A stretch of DNA of 64,000 nucleotides from Macrostomum lignano. Taxonomy: Eukaryota. The stretch covers positions 1 to 64,000 of the forward strand of contig NIVC01000181.1 in assembly GCA_002269645.1 (NCBI GenBank), in the 5' to 3' direction. Below the pieces are notes generated by a model. It worked only from the letters and a program-made list of their open reading frames with translations, did not search any database and was not told where the DNA came from. A program made the translations under genes and the position numbers. Positions 59,552 to 64,000 of this stretch are shown here, piece after piece. The number at the start of each line of letters is the position of its first letter. The stretch's first letter is position 1.

Positions 59552-61429
59552 ATGGAACTGCGAACCTACGAGCAGAGCCAGAAGGACAAGGTCTGCACGC
59601 GAGACGACTGCGACACGTCGAAGTTCTGGGAACTCTGCCTGGGTTACCGCTGCGTTATTGTGTCTGCGGCTATTGTTGCCACGGCTCTGCTCGAGTGCCT
59701 AGCGCTCAGTCACTGGGAAGGGACGGCCATGATTGGCAACCTCAAAATTGAGAACCTGCCATCCACCATCGAGGTGAAGCACAAGCCTGGCAACCGGCTG
59801 TCAACTCTGTTCGTGATCACCTTCGTGCTTTTCGCCCTGCCAACCTGTCTATCGAAGATGTTCGAGTGCATCTGTAAGGTCATCGAGCAATGCAATCATT
59901 CGGTGTGGGAGGCGCACTCTATATTTCTGATTATCTGGTGGGTGCTGCAGCTTGTCTTTGCTTCACTGCAGATCAGGCTGGCCTTCAAGTTCAGAAATCT
60001 ATCCATTCAGCGGAGGCTGGGACTGTCCTGGGTCCTGCTGTCCACCATCATGGCTGCCAACATTTCCGTATGGTTCGCCACGGTCGGCCTGGAGTTGCAG
60101 GGCATCAAAGGGGCAGAGAGATCAATTAAAGAAGGATCTTACTGTGAGAAACTCTCAATTAACCACATCAACGACCTGCTCTATCCGTTTCAAATCGAAT
60201 ATTGCGTCATGGCCTCGTTGCTGGCCTTTACAATGCTGTCCAACATGGGCCTACTGGCTAAGCAACTTCGCGTCCAGAAGTCAAGCGACCTCGACGCCGC
60301 TCGGTCAAAGATCAAAGCTCTGCTGCGTCAATCCGACGACTCGCTGAGGCTGCAGTCCTCCGAGGCCGACACAATTCGGCAGCACTCGTTGATGTTTCTC
60401 TTAAGCTTGCTGCTCCTGCTCATCTCAGTGGCCGGTGCCGCCTTTGTTGGCTTCGAGGACAAGCACGATGACGTCAAATGGATCGTCTTCAACGCCTTGC
60501 TGGTCTTTCTGCACAGCTGTGGCCTCCTGGGCCTCGTCTTGCTGTCGGGTTACGTCAGGCGCAGCGACAAAAAGCCGCTGGGCGCGAGCCACCTGGCTGA
60601 CCGTCTGCTGCTCTGGCTCGGCTCGGCTGCCATCCTGCTGAACGGCCTGTACAGCCTGCTTGGCAATATATTCAACCCTCAGCTAAAAATGCACGACTTG
60701 AATGGTGCGGAATTCGCAAACATGACGATGCTGGGCCTCCTGCCCCGCCAGCGGCAGCTGCCCGAGCTGAAACACATTCGAATCAATCTAAAAATAGCCA
60801 ATGGATTTTTCAATATCATACAGAGCTCTGTCCAGTCTATTCTGCTGGAGTGGATACTTGTTAACAAGTTTTCTGACTCCAACCTACTTTATAAGTTTCT
60901 AAGCAGGTTATTTACCAAAATGTCTGCGTCAGGCCAGAGAGGGTCAGGCCAGAGCAGGTCAGGCCAGAGCGGGTCAGGCCAGAGTGGGTCAGGCCAGAGC
61001 GGGTCAGGCCAGAGCGGGTCAGGCCAGAGCGGGTCAGGCCAGAGCGGGTCAGGCCAGAGCGGGTCAGGCCAGAGCGGGTCAGGCCAGAGCGGGTCAGATG
61101 AGAGCGGGTTGGACCAGAAAAGCGAGCCGCGCCAGCACAACGGTCTGAGCCCCAAGATCCGTGCACTGATCAACATCATGATGGTGGTCAACGCAGCCGA
61201 GTGGATCCTGAGCTCCCTGTGCTTCAGCTTCTTTTTCCCCAGCAATCACGGGGACACGGTCTCGCTGCTGCTGATGCCGCTGCAGGTTTTCTATCGGTTC
61301 CATTCGGCGGTTTGTTTTCACGATTTCAAGCGGCACCTGAAGATGGAGAAAGCCGCTGGTACAGAGCCTCAAGCCCCGGAGCCTGAGCCGATCGATTTTC
61401 AGGACATTTTCTCCGAAATAGAAAACTAA
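59552..61429 (+). CDS. OTOP: otopetrin-like proton channel, intronless, 625 aa
   Basis: Many hydrophobic segments; LLYPFQIEYCVMAS and C-terminal PLQVFYRFHSAVCF motifs typical of otopetrins; in-frame (GQSGS)n insert. Confidence 0.85.
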   Translation: MELRTYEQSQKDKVCTRDDCDTSKFWELCLGYRCVIVSAAIVATALLECLALSHWEGTAMIGNLKIENLPSTIEVKHKPGNRLSTLFVITFVLFALPTCLSKMFECICKVIEQCNHSVWEAHSIFLIIWWVLQLVFASLQIRLAFKFRNLSIQRRLGLSWVLLSTIMAANISVWFATVGLELQGIKGAERSIKEGSYCEKLSINHINDLLYPFQIEYCVMASLLAFTMLSNMGLLAKQLRVQKSSDLDAARSKIKALLRQSDDSLRLQSSEADTIRQHSLMFLLSLLLLLISVAGAAFVGFEDKHDDVKWIVFNALLVFLHSCGLLGLVLLSGYVRRSDKKPLGASHLADRLLLWLGSAAILLNGLYSLLGNIFNPQLKMHDLNGAEFANMTMLGLLPRQRQLPELKHIRINLKIANGFFNIIQSSVQSILLEWILVNKFSDSNLLYKFLSRLFTKMSASGQRGSGQSRSGQSGSGQSGSGQSGSGQSGSGQSGSGQSGSGQSGSGQSGSGQSGSDESGLDQKSEPRQHNGLSPKIRALINIMMVVNAAEWILSSLCFSFFFPSNHGDTVSLLLMPLQVFYRFHSAVCFHDFKRHLKMEKAAGTEPQAPEPEPIDFQDIFSEIEN

Positions 61430-61679
61430 AGCGATGCCTTCGACTGTTGATCCTCAGTACTGCTAGATGATCATCAATGCACCATTAAAAATATTTTCAT
61501 TGAGAGACAGTAAAATATCCACATAGAAATTCTTAATTAACTGCAATTTCATACTTTTCAAAAAATTTTATGTTTGCTGTTCAATCCTACTCAATATTTT
61601 TTCTGAGTGGTACCATATCGCGATCCACGACTTAAAACAATTTTGACCTGTTAACTAGCGGATTACTTCAAGCTGTTCT

Positions 61680-62490
61680 GCCAGCCTCCCAGATCCTCAG
61701 TTGCTGGACCAGCCTCCCAGATCCTCAGTTGCTGGGCCAGCCTCCCAGATCCTCAGTTGCTGGACCAGCCTCCCAGATCCTCAGTTGCTGGGCCAGCCTC
61801 CCAGATCCTCAGTTGCTGGGCCAGCCTCCCAGATCCTAAGTTGCTGGGCCAGCCTCCCAGATCCTCAGTTGCTGAGCCAGCCTCCCAGATTTTCAGTTGC
61901 TGAGCCAGCCTCCCAGATCCTCAGTTGCTGAGCCAGCCTTCCAGATCCTCAGTTGCTGGACCAGCCTCCCAGATCCTCAGTTGCTGGGCCAGCCTCCCAG
62001 ATCCTCAGTTGCTGGGCCAGCCTCCCAGATCCTCAGTTGCTGCGCCAGCCTCCCAGATCCTCAGTTGCTGGGCCAGCCTCCCAGATCCTCAGTTGCTGGA
62101 CCAGCCTCCCAGATCCTCAGTTGCTGGGCCAGCCTCCCAGATCCTCAGTTGCTGGGCCAGCCTCCCAGATCCTCAGTTGCTGAGCCAGCCTCCCAGATCC
62201 TCATTTGCTGAGCCAGCCTCCCAGATCCTCAGTTGCTGAGCCAGCCTTCCAGATCCTCAGTTGCTGAGCCAGCCTCCCAGATCCTCAGTTGCTTGGCCAC
62301 CGCCAGCCTCCCAGATCCTCAGTTACTCCGCCAGCCTCCCAGATCCTCAGTTGCTGAGCCAGTCTCCCAGATCCTCAGTTGCTGAGCCAGCCTCCCAGAT
62401 CCTCAGTTGCTTGGCCACCGCCAGCCTCCCAGATCCTCAGTTGCTCCGCCAGCCTCCCAGATCCTCAGTTGCTGTGCAAGCCTCCCAGAT
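61680..62490. repeat. 28-bp minisatellite, array 2
   Basis: Direct reading. Confidence 0.95.
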
Positions 62491-63243
62491 CCTGGTTATT
62501 TTAAAACCTCATTATTTTCTAACTCAACACATTGCGTCACCAGTACCAAATAAATCAAGTTCATTAAGACCGGCACTTGTCGCTTGATTGATTGATTGAT
62601 TAATCCGTTTGCAGGCTAATTTATTTCAATAAGCAATAAAACTAATCCAATTATATTCTAACAGCCAATGCAAATAAACAACAGAAATTAGCGTCAAAAG
62701 CTGTTTATAGCATTCTGATCGCAGACAATTGAGTATACATGTATTAATCTGAAGATTTACTGGGCAAGCAAACAGAATTATAATGTTATTGATAAAACAG
62801 AGATATGTTCTGCTGTGTAAATTGCATGTCCATGTATGTTACAAAATACCGACTAGACAAGCCATAAAAACCATATCAATTCTGTAGCAGTTCAACAGCC
62901 AAAATGTTTCCTGTAAACAGCTGCGTTGCGGCCATGCAAGGCACCTTAACTAAACCAGAAAAAACGCATCATATTACTCACAGTAACAGATAAAATACCT
63001 ATGAAGCATCACACTGTAGACACATCTTGCCAGATTCATTTCTTAGAAAAAATTTGAAGGCTCGCTCTCCGAATTGAATTTACCGCATAGACATAGACTA
63101 ATAGATGTAAGCATATTAATGGCTGCCGTAATCAAGTAAATAAATTAGTAATTAAAAGTGGAAAATTTTCGTTTTTCAAAATCTTTATGTAATATTTTAC
63201 TGCAGTATAATAACAATTAGTTTACTAAATTAATGTGTTATAT

Positions 63244-63547
63244 GGGATGTAGACCAGTGGTCAGAGCGTCGGAGTCACGAATGAAAGGTCGGGGGTTCGA
63301 TTCTCGACCCACTCTCGGAACAATTTGTGTCCTTGAGCAAGACCACTTAACTCTGCACTGCTTCAGTTCACCCTGCTGTAAAATGGGTGCCAGCATTAGC
63401 TGGGGTAATTGAGGGTGTGTGGCGACCCCCCAGTCCTTGGACTGAACAGCCGTACGCAGCCTTCAGATGCGCCGCGCAATAGCTGCGGCTGAGCTGTCGG
63501 TTGCACATCTGGCCCAGTTGCGGCAGGTGTAATCAATTATTATTATT
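63244..63547 (+). mobile_element. tRNA-derived CORE-like SINE, copy 3
   Basis: A/B boxes, core segment, (ATT)n tail; homologous to copies 1 and 2. Confidence 0.88.
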
Positions 63548-63619
63548 GCTGTATGATTAGAGAGTATACGTATGAGCCTTCAATTTTTTTCAACACGAAA
63601 AACGAACTGCGCTTCCCGT

Positions 63620-63937
63620 GTCCCTGCTACACTATCAAGAGGTCCTTGTGCTCCGGCCCGTCCCTGCTACACTATCAAGAGGTCCTTGTGCCCCGGCCCG
63701 TCCCTGCTACACTATCAAGAGGTCCTTGTGCCCCGGCCCGTCCCTGCTACACTATCAAGAGGTCCTTGTGCTCCGGCCCGTCCCTGCTACACTATCAAGA
63801 GGTCCTTGTGCCCCGGCCCGTCCCTGCTACACTATCAAGAGGTCCTTGTGCTCCGGCCCGTCCCTGCTACACTATCAAGAGGTCCTTGTGCCCCGGCCCG
63901 TCCCTGCTACACTATCAAGAGGTCCTTGTGCCCCGGC
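63620..63937. repeat. 40-bp minisatellite, about 8 copies
   Basis: Unit CCCGTCCCTGCTACACTATCAAGAGGTCCTTGTGCCCCGG. Confidence 0.95.
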
Positions 63938-64000
63938 CAGCGAAGGCCATCCAGCAGGAAGAGACAAGAAAATCAATCGAATATTTCAAACAGCCGTCTC

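Overview
Eukaryotic (invertebrate) genomic DNA, very rich in mini- and microsatellites. The gene style and repeat content suggest a free-living flatworm such as Macrostomum, but that is inference only. 1-21.6 kb holds the 5' half (N-terminus, domains I-II, start of the II-III linker) of a minus-strand T-type calcium channel (Cav3) gene that continues off the left edge. Its first intron is a minor-spliceosome AT-AC intron with an in-frame GT-AG pair nested inside it (candidate twintron). 23.1-33.5 kb is a young full-length Ty3/Gypsy LTR retrotransposon: ~1 kb near-identical LTRs, ATGT TSD, tRNA-Leu PBS, -1 gag/pol frameshift site, one nonsense and one frameshift lesion, a repeat insert between RNase H and integrase, and a ~450-aa non-Env extension or ORF3. 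34.1-35.8 kb is a small non-coding LTR element with apparently identical LTRs. 35.8-42.8 kb is AT-rich DNA made of MITEs and old foldback remnants. 42.8-61.4 kb holds four co-oriented plus-strand genes (SSR2/TRAP-beta, a TLDc-domain protein, a LAPTM4-like protein, an otopetrin-like channel) separated by satellite arrays. Three copies of a tRNA-derived CORE-like SINE and one other tRNA-headed repeat are also present. All homology calls come from motif recognition by eye; no searches were run.
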